Source of the DNA: Octopus vulgaris
Lineage: Eukaryota
Assembly (NCBI GenBank): GCA_951406725.2
Contig: OX597833.1
Coordinates: 40,796,001 to 40,860,000, forward strand
Direction of reading: 5' to 3'
Length of the DNA: 64,000 nucleotides
Below, in pieces: positions 27,806-40,510 of the stretch (its first letter is position 1; each line of letters opens with the position of its first letter). The notes beneath the pieces were generated by a model, which was given only the letters and a program-made list of their open reading frames with translations, searched no databases and had not been told where the DNA came from. Both the position numbers and the translations under genes were made by a program.

Positions 27806-27857
27806 TGTCAACCTGTCCGCCTGTTTCTCGTACTCCGTCCTTCTTAGATGAAGGCAT
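27806..27857 (-). CDS. MROH1: MROH1 coding exon 1 (MPSSKKDGVRETGGQVD + 1 nt)
   Basis: ATG at 27857; 52 nt ending at a GTGAGT donor in phase 1. Joins the phase-1 acceptor at 17057 to give ...GQVD-N-LVFALID in frame. Lies in a CpG-enriched region. Confidence 0.8.
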
Positions 27858-29600
27858 GTTGATGCCTTCTTACTTTCTTTCCTTATATTTGAATTGAGAT
27901 AATTTTCCTTTTGCCAGAGATGACTTATCTCAGTGATTGGTATCGTTGATGCTGCAAATCGCAAGTTCTCTCTTCAAACAGAAGCCCTCTTCCACTGCTG
28001 ATTTGAAGTGGGCCATACACTGATTAATAAGTCATTACCACCATCATCACAACTGACAATACAGCTATCAGTCATATGACGGATACAAATGACATAGTCC
28101 ACCACCTATCGGTAGGGGGCGTTGCTCACCGCTTATATATCAGGTGCTCTACAGATGCGCATTTTAGTATACAGGAGCTGTACTCTGCCTTACATCATTT
28201 CTTTTTTGTAACATCGTGAGTTCGTGCAATCCTTTAAAAGTGTGTATATTTATTTTCTTTCTTTCTTTACTTATATAATGGAAATTAGATTCTTTAAATG
28301 AGTTGCATAAACACCTGTTATTTTGAAACTGCACAATAAAAAGGAATTTTGAGTAAATTGCCTTGTTATTCACAAACTTAGTTTTAAAATAATCACGATA
28401 GAATACAATAGTTTCAGCACACAAGGTAGAAATACGGACTATGTTTTTGATGTTAACTATTTTCATCTGTCACCGGTCGGTGTTACATTCCGTCTTGCGT
28501 ACGTGATTGTTTTGTTTCACTTTTCTCCGTTCGCAGTTGTACGAAATACCATTAATAGCCTAGGTAGAGTCCATAAATTATACTTTTTGTTTTCTTTATG
28601 CAAATACCATTGTTCGAAGCTTTCAATATATATATATATGCTGTTGCTTTGAAGTCGAACGGTGTATTCAATTTTAAAACTTAGAGGGTGTAGCTTTATG
28701 GTACACGGTTAGCATCGGTTCTACGTTCTGTACGTTGCTCAGGCTAATGTTCAGAGGAACGATACCTAGGTATTCAAATAATAAATGTTTTCGTTTTTCT
28801 TCGAAGCAGTGAAACTCTACAGAAGAAATCCTGTCCTCTATGACGTCGTTTAGTTACATGTCTGTGTGCACCTTTTGTCCACTGCTAACACTAACTTCTA
28901 GGTTGCTTTTTTATATCTCTGATAGATATCGTAGTTCAAATGTTCGTGATTGTTTTCCTGGATCAGAGCTGATTTCGTACCGAAATATCAGAATAGATAT
29001 CCTACACCTCAAGGTAGAAGAAAAAGGTTATAAAAGTGGGTGCACGTGTGAGAAAAAAAAATACTAGAGAAAATTGAAGGAAAAAGTGGTAACCTTTTCT
29101 TTCCTATGACGCCATCAACCATGTTCTGAAACTTGATGTTACTGTTTTATTCGATATCTACTATATATCTAACTTGATTCCAATACTACTACAACAACAA
29201 TACATGACCTATGAAATCGCTTTTCCTATCTTACTCCCATAACACATCTATGAGTCACATCTGAAGATGTTTTTGTCCCTAGCACGCCGGGCGAAATGCG
29301 TAGCCGTATTTCGTCTGCCGTTACGTTCTGAGTTCAAATTCCGCCGAGGTCCACTTTGCCTCATCCTTTAGGTCGATTAAATAAGTACCAGTTACGCACT
29401 GGGGTCGATATAATCGACTTAATCCATTTGTCTGTCCTTGTTTGTCTTCTCTGTGTTTAACCCCTTGTGGGTAGTAAAGAAATAAGTATATTATCTAGAG
29501 AAGGTGAGCACGACAAGCTTGTAGGTTTCAACAGGTGCCAAATGCTTCTTGGAATTTTAAGGAACCCATTTGTTTTTCACTCTTTCATATACTATTGCAG
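27858..29600. promoter_or_regulatory. Putative divergent promoter / 5' UTR region shared by MROH1 and APRT
   Basis: Head-to-head ATGs ~1.75 kb apart; locally CpG-richer and largely repeat-free. The APRT ATG follows a splice acceptor, implying an upstream non-coding exon in this interval. Confidence 0.6.
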
Positions 29601-29602
29601 AA

Positions 29603-29691
29603 ATGGAAACTGAAGAAGATGAAAGGGTCGTCAAAATCAAAGAAGTGTTGAAATATTTCCCAGATTTTCCCAAGAAAGGGGTTAACTTTTG
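29603..29691 (+). CDS. APRT: Adenine phosphoribosyltransferase coding exon 1 (METEEDERVVKIKEVLKYFPDFPKKGVNF)
   Basis: ATG two nt after a ttgcAG acceptor; FPDFPKKG is the APRT N-terminal motif; TG|GTAGG donor in phase 2. Confidence 0.92.
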
Positions 29692-29862
29692 GTAGGCAAC
29701 ACTTTCTTTCACCTTATTCTTATTTTTATCTTATTTCTTCGTTTCTTTTCAGTGTTTGAATTACTGCTATTACCCATTTTAAAGTTTACTAAAAATTTCA
29801 TATGCTGCAATTGGATGCTAGACGTGAGAACGTCAAAGTTCAAATGGCTGAAAAATCAGAAG

Positions 29863-30357
29863 GTAATTTGTTCAGGTTAGTGATATTTAAAAAGTAAATA
29901 AAAATTAAGGGGGAGATAACTAGTAAAGGGCCATGCATAAGTCAACTTAGTGCTAAACAACAAATACTGTAGTAAGCTAACATGGCGAATTATAATTTTT
30001 GCACATGTATAAATTCATAATTAGTCAACACCGTGCCAACCACAGAAAAATCTTGTTTCGTGATTTTGGGTGATATTTGGGTACGTGGAAGACCAGTGGG
30101 ACCGCAATTCATTGTTCCTGAAATTGAAATCCTCAAACATGAATTAATCTTGGAATATCAATTCCAAGATTAATTCATGTTTGAGGATTTCAATTTCAGG
30201 AACAATGAATTGCGGTCCCACTGGTCTTCCACGTACCATTCTGACCAATTCCAAAGTAAATAATATCCAGTGTTTATGTTGACTTATGTGTCCTTATACT
30301 AGTTATCTCCCCCTTAATTTTTTTTACTTTTTAATATCACAAAACTGAACAATTACC
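29863..30357. mobile_element. Foldback/MITE in APRT intron 1 with a perfect internal palindrome
   Basis: Imperfect ~90-bp outer inverted arms (...attaagggggagataactagta / tactagttatctcccccttaat...) plus inner 77-bp perfect arms. Confidence 0.75.
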
Positions 30358-30583
30358 AGATTATTGAAAACTTGAAAGACTGCTCAAAGTATTGTGCACC
30401 ATAATGTTAAAAGATGAAGACCCAAATTATGAAATATTTTAAGGAAAAATTAGACAAACTATCTCAAAAGATATTCATTTACAGTTTTAAAAGGGTGGTT
30501 ATTTGAAAGACATATTTTCTTTATAATTTTTAAAAAGTTGTTTGCCGGGATATCAAAGACATAAACAGTAACATATTTATTGT

Positions 30584-32517
30584 CAGTGGTGGGCAAGGTT
30601 CCGCTAAAGCTAACTTTGCATTTAGCGAATAAGCATTTTCGTTAACTTTGGAAACCGTTAGTGGTTTATTTATATAAGCATAAGAACAAATATAATCAAG
30701 TACCTACCAATATTAATTGTGAGGCTCAAAGTTCGAAGGTCATACTTCACCACCTCATTCCATATCTTCCTGGGTCTACCTCACATGTTCCCTCCACAGT
30801 TAGAGATCGGTACTTCTTTACTCAGCTGTTCTCATCCATATGCATCACATGACCACACCAGTGCAGTTGTCTCCTTTGCACACCACATCTGATGCCTCTT
30901 ATGCCTAACTGTTCTCTCAATATGCTTAAACTCTGTTGAACATGTACACTGACATTGCACATCCAGCAAAGCATACTGACTTCATTTCTTTCAAGCCTAT
31001 GCATGTCCTCAGCTGTCTCAGCCCATGTTTCACTACCATGTAGCATAGCTGTTCACACACAATCTGCCTTTCACTTTGAGAGAGAGTCCCTTTGTTGCCA
31101 GCAGGGGTAGGAGCTCTCTGAACTTTGCCCATCCTAATCGTATTTTCACTGTTACAATATATATATAATTTAAGTTTTTAACTTCACAACTTATATCTCT
31201 TTACAATTATTCTGCTGGAGAAGGCTAGGGGAGCTGTCCACAGGATGATAACACAGTTGAAGCTGCAGACCTTCACTGATTCTGATGTTGGCTTCCTCAT
31301 GGAGTATGCCCAGGTGATGTCTAATATTGCCAAGGCTTTGGATGAAATCCAGGGGTAAGACCAGGACTATCTTGGGAGCCTTCTGCCAAATGTAGCAGCT
31401 ATCGTCATGAAGTTGAAGGAGGCCAAGTTCAAACTGCAGTCCTCTGGTCGATGCAATACTTGCAGGCACCACGAAAAGGTTTGAGTTCCTCCTAGAAGTC
31501 CCGGAGTGCCAGCTAGCCACTGCCTTCCATCCCAACTTTCGCCTGTTCTGGTTGGAGAGGTATAATAACAGCTGGGTTAGCAGAGTAACAGATGCCATGG
31601 AGACCAATAAGGAGGGCAGCAGCAGCACCACCAGCAATGAGGATGAGGAAGATGAGTTCTTCAGCAACATCACTCAGATCCAGGAGAGCAGGAGCCACAG
31701 GTTATTGAAGCCTAAAGTGCAGAACTTGGTGAAGACTTGGTTGGAGGCTGTCTTGAAGGAGGTTCTGACTGATGTTGCCTTTTTGGGTGGGCAGGTGTGA
31801 TTGACCTGTTCACCAAGTATAACACCACCATCTGATCCAGTGCTGCAGTTGAGTTCCTATTCTCTACAAAGATATTTTGAGGGTCAAGAGGGCCTCCCTG
31901 TCAGATGGTAACTTTGAGAAGCTGATGTTTCTGAAGGGCAACCAGCATCACATTGAGGCAATGGAGAAGGCCCAGCCAGAGTAGTACACCTTGATCATCA
32001 TCTGATCTTGGTATGATACCTATTCTATACTAAACCTTTTTGATTTGATTAATAGTTTTGTACAGTAAATAAAATGTATGTTGACTGAAAAACTAATGCT
32101 TAATTTCATTTGTTCATTTAATTATTTGCATACACCTTGATCATCATCTGATCTTGGCATTCTATACCTTTTTGGGAAGTTCTATGTCTAAGCAACAACA
32201 CGAAAATTTCAGCTCTCTAGGTCTGTTTTTAGGGGTTTTAGAGCCAAAAAACCAAACTGAAGCTAAATTCATATGATAAAAGTTAGAGGTTATCAATTAG
32301 CGCTAGCTTCTGCTAATTTCTTTACCTGTTTAGTGAATTAGCATTAACAGATTAGTGGTTAGAGAAGCTAACATTTTGGTTAGCTGTGCCCATCATATGA
32401 TATGATATGATAAAAGTTAGTGCTAGCTTCTGCTAATTTTTTTAATTGTTTAGTGGATGTGTTAGCAAAGCTAACTTTTTTAGTTAGCAAATTAGCGGTT
32501 AGATGTGCTCACCACTG
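30584..32517 (+). mobile_element. Internally deleted hAT DNA transposon in APRT intron 1
   Basis: TIRs CAGTGGTGGGCA / TGCTCACCACTG; 8-bp TSD tttattgt/gttattgt; subterminal GCTAA repeats; decayed transposase C-terminus (ATAFHP.F, SSAAVE.LFS, RASLSDGNFEKLMFLKGN). Confidence 0.88.
30735..31150 (-). mobile_element. RTE-clade LINE fragment nested in the hAT element
   Basis: Translation MLHGSETWA...RLERNE.SMLCWM...LHWCGHVM is typical of the RTE RT C-terminus; related fragment at ~4380-4570. Confidence 0.75.
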
Positions 32518-33747
32518 GTTATTGTTTATGTCACAAATATTTTTTGCCTTTAAATTCTCTCATTATTGAATATTTTCTTTCATTTCTATCAACACAAACA
32601 TAAATATACTGAATGATCAAGAGGCCAAATATTGTATATTGGTATTACACAGCAAAAGAGTGCAGACGAAGGGAGGTAAATAAGTGCATGTGCCTAATTG
32701 TGGCCAATCGAAATTTGGTCTTTTAATCATTAAGGCTGTTTATGTTTCTATTGATAAAAGGAAAATTTTTTATTAAGAAGCTCTCCAAGTTTTCGCTTAA
32801 TTCGTTGCTATTGTATCACTGCTGCTTATTTTGTAAGTAAATGTACCCATTCTAATAGGTTTCTCAAAATCCCTTTTAAAGCTGTAAGTAAATATCTTTT
32901 AAGAACGTTTTTACCATTATTTTTCTGTAAAATGTTCCAAAATTTAGTTTTGATCTCTTCTATATTTTATTATTGCATCCCCTAATCTATCACATTTCTA
33001 TTTCCTCCATTTTCTGAATGAATCAATTTTTATTCTCAGTTCAGTAAAGTGATTATCTGAGATAGTGCATTTACCTTCTTGCATAGAGTGAACATGAGGA
33101 TGATGCATCCATCAATAATTGCTTCTATGTACGAGTTATATACCTAACAATGCTTGCTTGCAAGAACTGCACCCACTATCAACTGTTTGCATGTGCAAGT
33201 GCTGGTTAGTGTATCCACTTGTGTTTCTCAGATGTTATGAGGGTGAAGTTGGCCCACTTACCGATATCTGCTTGCATGCAGAAGTGATGCACCTAACAAC
33301 ATACATTCTAACAAGTGTGTTGTGTGCTTGTGAATTCACCAATACCTGCTTGTACATGTGCAAAGTTTGTGTGCGTGTACTGGTGCACCCATAATGCCCT
33401 CATGCATGTGTGTGGTGGTTCACTCTCAATACCATCTCAACTATCTGAGTTGGTGTACTTCTTATACACCCCCACATACTTACTTCAATTTTTAAAATAA
33501 TCTCAAGGCAGCAACTTGGCAGAATTGTTACCACATTGGACAAAATGCTTAGCGGCATTTCTTCTGACTTGACAGCCTGTGTTGAAATACCACTGGGGTT
33601 GCCTTTGACTTTCAGCCCTTTGAGATTTATAAAATAAGTACCATTTAAGCACTGAAGTTGATGAATTCAACTTAGCTCTTTCTCTGAAATTTCTGGCCTT
33701 GTGCCAAAATTTAAAACCAATATTTAAATAAATCTCTCTGTTTGCAG

Positions 33748-33985
33748 TGATGTTTTACCAATTTTACAAAACCCTCCAGTCTTCAAGGGCCTCATTTCCA
33801 AAATGGTTGAAATAGTAAAAGAACATGCTCCAGATGTTGAACTAATTGTTGGACTCGAAGCTAGGGGATTCCTTTTTGGGCCTCTTATTGCCAACGAATT
33901 AAATGTAGGTTTTGTTCCTATTCGCAAGAAGGGGAAATTGCCAGGACCAACATATTCAGTAAATTACAAACTTGAATATGGCGAG
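33748..33985 (+). CDS. APRT: APRT coding exon 2 (DVLPILQNP...[10 protein letters not shown]...IRKKGKLPG...YKLEYGE)
   Basis: tttgcAG acceptor, GAG|GTAAT donor, 238 nt; hallmark [13 protein letters not shown] and LEYG motifs. Confidence 0.97.
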
Positions 33986-34657
33986 GTAATGTTTTCTCAT
34001 TTTTCTTTTACAAGTGTTTGCATCTGCTCACATGCACATATATACATACACATATAGATACTTTCATGATAGGCATGAACACACACTGACTTACATGCAC
34101 AATCACAAATGTATAATACAATTATATGCATGTACACATATACAGAGAAATGTTATAATGTTATATAATAGAGCAATAGGTGTTTAGTAACGTTATTTAA
34201 TAGAACAGCAGTGTTGTATAGCAATGTTATAGAAGCAACTAGCAATGATGTATCGTGAAGGCCAGTCTCAAAATGTTGAACCTTACTAAGGAGATGACAG
34301 AGGACCGAGATATGTGACACGTTGCTGTACTTGAGGAGACCCGCTCACCACAACACAGTTGAGATCCTAAAACCAAGGTGCCATGTAAAAAGCATTGGTA
34401 TGGGTGCTGGTGCCACGTAAAAAGCATCCAGTATGCTCTGTTGAGTGTTTGGCATTAGGAAAAACATCCAGTCATAGAAACCAAGCCAAAACTGACTATT
34501 GAACTTGGTGTCACCCCCTGGCCTTGCCAGTTCCTCTTAAGCCATCCAACTCATGCCAGCATGGAAAATGGATGTTAAATATTGATGACAATGATGCTGT
34601 ATGGTATATAACAAAAGAGAAATGGTATATAGTAATTTTGTTATGTAATAGAATAGT

Positions 34658-35008
34658 GAAGGGGCGTGGCTCAGTGGTTAGAGCGTCGAGCTTACGATCG
34701 TGAGGTTGTGAGCTCGAATCCCGGACCGGGCTGCATGTTGTGTTCTTAAGCAAGACACTTTATTTCACGTTGCTCCAGTTCACTCAGCTGTAGAAATCAG
34801 TTGCGACATCACAGGTGCCAAGCTGTATCGGCCCTTGCCTTTCCCTTGGACAACATCGGTGACGTGGAGAGGGGAGGCCAGTATGCATGGGCGACTGCTG
34901 GTCTTCCATAAAAAAAAAAAAAAAAAAAAACAACCTTGCCCAGACTTGTGCCTCAGAGGGTAACTCTCTAGGTGCAAACCCATGGTCAGTGTCTGACCGA
35001 AGGGGGTC
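34658..35008 (+). mobile_element. tRNA-derived SINE (second head/tail type)
   Basis: ggcgtggctcagtggttagagcg tRNA-like head; homologous minus-strand copies at ~6450-6773 and ~60618-60946. Confidence 0.85.
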
Positions 35009-35657
35009 AAAAAAAAAAAAATAGAATAGTAATGTTATACAGTAATTTTGCTTCTTGATAGAACAGCAATGGTATGTAGCAGTGTTGTATAAAAGGACAG
35101 CAATGGTATATTGTGATGTTATTATATAATAAAACAGCAATGATATAGAAGAATTTTTTTTTCATAGCTGTATCATGCAATAATGTTAAGGTGACAAGCT
35201 GACAGAATCGTTTGCACACCAAGTAAAATGCTTAGCAGCATTTCATCTATCTTTACATTCTGGGTTCAAATCCCACCGAGGTTGACTTTGCCTTTCATTT
35301 TTTCAGGATGAATAAAATAAGTACCAGTTGTGTACTGGGTGGGGTGGGGGTCAATGTAATCAAGTCCCCTGAAATTGCTGACCTTGTGCCAAAATTTGAA
35401 ATCAATTTTATAGAAGGCAGCAAGCTGGCAGAATTGTTAGCATGCTGGGTAAAATGTTTAGTGGCATTTAAACTATCTTTACATTGCAGTCAACTTGACC
35501 CCCCTCCCTCGGAATTGCTGGCATTGTGCCAAAATTTGAAATTAATATTATACAGTAATGCTAGAGAGCCGTCATGGTACATAGTAATGTTGTGCAATAG
35601 AGAAGGAGCAGTGTGATAGATGGAGTGGTATAGTACTCTCTAAAATAGATTTATATA

Positions 35658-35975
35658 TCATCATCATCATCATCGTTTAACGTCCATTTTCCATGCTAGC
35701 ATGGGTTGGACGGTTCAACTGGGGTCTGGGAAGCCAGAAGGCTGCGCCAGGCCCAGTCTGATCTGGCAGTGTTTCTACAGCTGGATGCCCTTCCTAACGC
35801 CAACAACTTTTTACGTGCCACCTACACAGATGCCAGACGAGGCTGGCAACGGCCACAATCGGATGGTGCTTTTTACGTGCCACCGGCACAGAGGCCAGTC
35901 TGGGCGGCGCTGGCAACGGCCACGTTCGGATGGTTCTCTTACGTGCCACCAGCGCTGGTATCACAGCTACAATTT
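35658..35975 (-). mobile_element. (ATG)n-tailed non-autonomous retroposon (family D, probably RTE-related)
   Basis: catcatcgtttaacgtcc...ctggatgcccttcctaacgccaac with internal gtgcttttacgtgccaccggcac repeats; copies at ~5568, 6260, 14391, 16461, 24160, 34370, 41605 and 42497. Confidence 0.75.
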
Positions 35976-36002
35976 CCATTGATGTTGATCGATTTCGATT
36001 TA

Positions 36003-36034
<32 letters not shown>

Positions 36035-36062
36035 ATAAAATGATTTTGTGTTTGTATTGAAG

Positions 36063-36141
36063 GACTCTTTTGAAGTACAAACAACAGCTGTGAAGTCCGG
36101 TCAGAAAGTTGTTATTGTGGATGACCTGTTAGCGACTGGAG
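36063..36141 (+). CDS. APRT: APRT coding exon 3 ([26 protein letters not shown])
   Basis: AG acceptor, G|GTAAA donor, 79 nt; PRPP-binding motif [12 protein letters not shown]. Confidence 0.97.
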
Positions 36142-36626
36142 GTAAATATTTTATTTTCACCATTTACCGTTGTCTATATATCCATATTAGTGTGTATCTC
36201 TGTTATCTACATCCTCTTGATTTAACTTTGTGAGAGTTTGAATGTGTGCATGTGTACGTGTGTCAATTATTAGTTACATTAAGGAAGTGGAACAGTTCTC
36301 ATTAGCCTTCTTAGAATTCCACCCCACCTTCTACCTAGCCTTGTTGAAAGGGTTTGTATGTAGACGTTTAAAGTAAAGGGTCTAATGAGTATATACAGTG
36401 GTGAGAAGATAGGCAGAAGGGATCATATAAATGCAATCTGGTCACTATCAGGGTACCCTTGAAACTCTTAAAGTGGAAGTGTGTCCATGACCAGATTTTA
36501 AGTTGTGGCAACAAATTTGACATTTTATGAAATAAATTTAAAATCTGAACTGAATTTAACAGCATTCCATGTTAAATAACTAGAATGCTTCTTCCACAAT
36601 TTAATTGCTCTCTCTCTCCCTCCTCT

Positions 36627-36721
<95 letters not shown>

Positions 36722-36779
36722 TAGATAGATAAAGTATTTTACATGTGTCTGTATGTGTATATATATATACATATATTTA

Positions 36780-36826
<47 letters not shown>

Positions 36827-37518
36827 GCATTAGGTACGATTAGTGAAATTTTGGTAGTAATGACTTATGTCCCTCTTAGTGTGAGGCATTTATGTGTAAT
36901 AATGCCCTCTATACAATATAAATTAATATTTTCTAAAGGAAAAAAATTATTTTCGAAATTTTTTCTCTTATGAGGTTTTTCACGCTAACTACCTGATAAT
37001 TTCTTATTAAGATTCCTTATTAAGAAGTTATCCTTAATTGTTATATATATATATATATATTTTTTTTCTGGTGTCCATGACAGATGGTTCACATTTGCTA
37101 TGACGTGTGTGATTTACATACCAAGTGCCTATATGAAAGGATTTCTCTTGGCTAATAACACAGTATTCAGTGTTCTAACAAGGCATCACTGTTAAGTTAG
37201 ATATACACACTACCTTTTGATATTAATACTACTTTCATCACTGATAATTAATGTGTGTGTGCATGAGTGTATGTACATGTTTTTTTTTTTGTTATTGCTA
37301 AACTGGCCAGATCTGAGCTCTTCAACTTACTCTACAATGTCATTCTGTAAACAAACCATCGCATCATTGAAATCTCAAAGCTGCAATGATTAATGCAAAA
37401 CAATGCAAAAAGAGACCATTACATTTCACAGAGTAATCTGAATATTTATGGGTTAAACTGTTTCACAGCTGTTATTGTATGTTAGCAATCTCAGTCACCT
37501 TCCATCATCTTCTTGCAG

Positions 37519-37658
37519 GAACTTTAGAGGCTGCTGTTAAGCTGATGACAAGGGAAAAAGCAATCGTGCAGATGTGTCTGGTTGTGATAAAGGCAAAGGA
37601 ATTTATTGGCAAACTAACGGATATACAAGTGCCTGTAAATTCCATCATAGAAATGTGA
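37519..37658 (+). CDS. APRT: APRT final coding exon (GTLEAAVKLM...QVPVNSIIEM*)
   Basis: cttgcAG acceptor in phase 1 completing ATGGT; TGA at 37656-37658; total protein 181 aa, typical APRT length. Confidence 0.9.
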
Positions 37659-38435
37659 AGACTTTTCATCTGTTCTGCTGAAAATGGTTTTATTTGGACT
37701 TATCATGACTTGCTGTTTCCATGATAACTGTGGTTGATTTATGGATTATTAATCAAAATGTTTTTTTTTTTCTTTTTCTTAAATCACTTTGAAAATAATG
37801 TTTGTGAAGATTGTACTCATTCCGCTCTATTTCTGAAACGTTTTTTTAAGGTCATGTCCTTGGACCTTTTGATTTCCATATTTTTTCCGAAAGATTTTTA
37901 TACACTTTTATAGCTAAATTATATTTTAAAATTTTATGTTTTTATTCAAAATTTTTGGAATATGACCTGTTTATTATTTAACCTCTCTAAAAGATTTTGG
38001 CATTGTTATTATTCCTAAGGCAGCAAGCTGGCAGAATCATTAGTGTGCCGGACAAAATACTCAGTAGCATTTCATCCATCCTTACATTCTGAGCTCAAAT
38101 TCTGTTGGGGCTGACTTTGCCTTTCATCTTTTCAGTGTTGATAAAATAAATACCAGTTGAGAACTGGGGTCAATGCAATCAACTATCCCCTCCGCCAGCA
38201 TTTCAGGCCTTGTGCCTATAGTAGAAGGGATTATTATTATTATTATTATTAATGCAGGCAAAATGCTTAGTGGCATTTCTTACTTCCTTACATTCTGAGT
38301 TCAAATTCCTCCATGGACGACTTTGCCTTTCATCCTTTCTGAGTCAATAAAATAAGCACCAGGTAAGCATGGAGTTTGATGTAATCAACTCTCTCCTCCC
38401 TCAAAATTTCAGGCCTTGTGCCTATTGTACCAAGA

Positions 38436-38468
<33 letters not shown>

Positions 38469-38877
38469 GGATTAGCAGAATCATTTTCGAGTGATGAAAG
38501 ATAGCTTGCGGTTTTTGTTTTGGCTCTTTATGCTTTGAGTTCAAATCCTGTTGAGGTCAACTTTACAATTTGATCTCCTCAGGATCAGTAACAAAAGTGC
38601 CAGTCAAGTACTGCTGTTGATATTATCTATTAATCCACTCTACTCAGCATTTCAAGTTTTGTGCCTAAATTTGAAACCATTGTTATTATTAGCTGGCAGA
38701 ATCTTTAGCATGTTGGGCAAAATGCTTGACAGCATTTCATTCATCTTCACGTTCTGAGTTCAAGTTCTGCCAAGGTCAACTTTGCCTTTCATTCTTTCAG
38801 GGTCAATGAAAAAAAGTACCAGTTGTTTACTGAGATTGATGTAATCAACTGTCCCCTCCAAGTTCAAGCCTTGTAAA

Positions 38878-39108
38878 AAGGTGAGCTGGCAGAAACGTTA
38901 GCATACCAGGCGAAATGCTTAGCGGTATTTCGTCTGCCGTTACATTCTGAGTTCAAATTCCGCCGAGGTCGACTTTGCCTTTCATCCTTTCGGGGTCGAT
39001 AAATTAAGTACCAGTTATGCACTGGGGTCGATATAATCGACTTAATCCCTTTGTCTGTCCTTATTTGTCCCCTCTATGTTTAGCCCCTTGTGGGAAGTAA
39101 AGAAATAA
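38878..39108 (+). mobile_element. SINE family C (aaggcggcgagctggcagaa...gcctttcatcctttcggggtcgataaa)
   Basis: B box gagttcaaattc. Many copies, e.g. 21415-21636(-), 25098-25331(-), 29279-29486(+), 47042-47243(-), 56977-57355(-), 58270-58477(-), with decayed clusters at 1445-1950, 15285-15910, 35188-35545 and 38016-39310. Confidence 0.88.
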
Positions 39109-39235
39109 GAAAGGATTATTATTCAATGTTATTCCATTGAGGTCAGCTTTGCCTTTCATCCTTCTAGGGTCGATAAAATAAGTACCAGCTGAGCACTAGA
39201 TTTGATGTAATTGACAAGACCCACCACCACTACCA

Positions 39236-39276
<41 letters not shown>

Positions 39277-39439
39277 CAGGCCTTGTACCTATAGCAGAAA
39301 GGATTAATATTGTCGTTATTTTTAGGGTATTGGAATTGCAGCATCAGTTGAACATGGTTTCAATCAGTGAAATGTGACCATGCTGGGAGCATTGCATTTG
39401 AAGAGTTTTAGTTGATCATATTGAATTTAGTACTCATTT

Positions 39440-39440
39440 C

Positions 39441-39471
<31 letters not shown>

Positions 39472-39810
39472 AATTATTGTATACAGTGTTCAGGTGCACC
39501 ACAACTTGTCAAAAATGTGTATAAAGCATATGCAGTAATGTACAAATGTCTGGAGAGTGAACAGTGTATGAGTCAGATACATGCTTGCGTGTGTATGGAG
39601 AGGAGAAAATCAGGTGTAGTGTTGGCGAATCTCAGAAAGCATGGGAGGATGCAGTGTTCTGACAACTAACAACCGATGCCAGCAGTTTGTTCCATACTTC
39701 AGCAACTCTTAGCATGAAAAAATGTTTCTGAAAGTCATGGGAGCTGTGCTGTTTTCTGACTTGGTAAATATGTCCATGGGTGTTAGACAGGTGGAGTTTG
39801 AAAAGGTGCT
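39440..39810 (-). mobile_element. CR1 LINE 3'-end fragment, diverged
   Basis: Shares the gtacagtg.tcaggtgcac 3' UTR, the gaaagtcatgggagctgtgctgttttctgac segment and an (ATT)n tail. Confidence 0.85.
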
Positions 39811-40510
39811 TGTTTCAGACTAGTGCTTCTTTTTAGAACAAGTACATTCCTTTGTTTACATAAAAGAACATAAGTCAGCACACCGGTTTACACATTTACA
39901 CTGGTAAACATAAACATTGCCATTCACACACACATATGGCTGGGTTGAAGTGATTTTTATAATATAAAACATAAATTATTTACTTTATAAAATTCAAAAA
40001 ATACAGCTTATTTGCAGCACTTCATATAAAGCTAGGTTTATAAAACCGTCCATTACAGCTTTAGTGACTCAGACATCTGTGGAAAATATTCTGTGTAGTT
40101 CTTGAGAATTTATGTGTAGGCACATGGCTTAGTGGTTAGGGTGTTGAACTCTTGATCATAAGATTGCAGTTTCGACTTCTTGACTGGGTGATGCATTCTG
40201 TTCTTGAGCAAAACACTTCATTTCACATTGCTCCAGTCTACTCAGCTAGTAAAATTGTATAACCTTGTGATGGACCAGCATCTCATTCAGGGAAGAATAT
40301 ATATGCCATAGAAACCAGGAAACCATCCCTCTGATCCCTACTGAGTGATGTGCACTACCTAGAGAATTTAAAAGTAGGTACTTCTGATGGATCTAAGATA
40401 AGAATGTTAAAATTTTTCAGCCTGTTATGTGTAGCTCCATACGCTTAGTCTACAATATGAAAATCTAAAAGTAAACACTCATATCATTGAAATTTCAAAG
40501 CTCTAACCAC

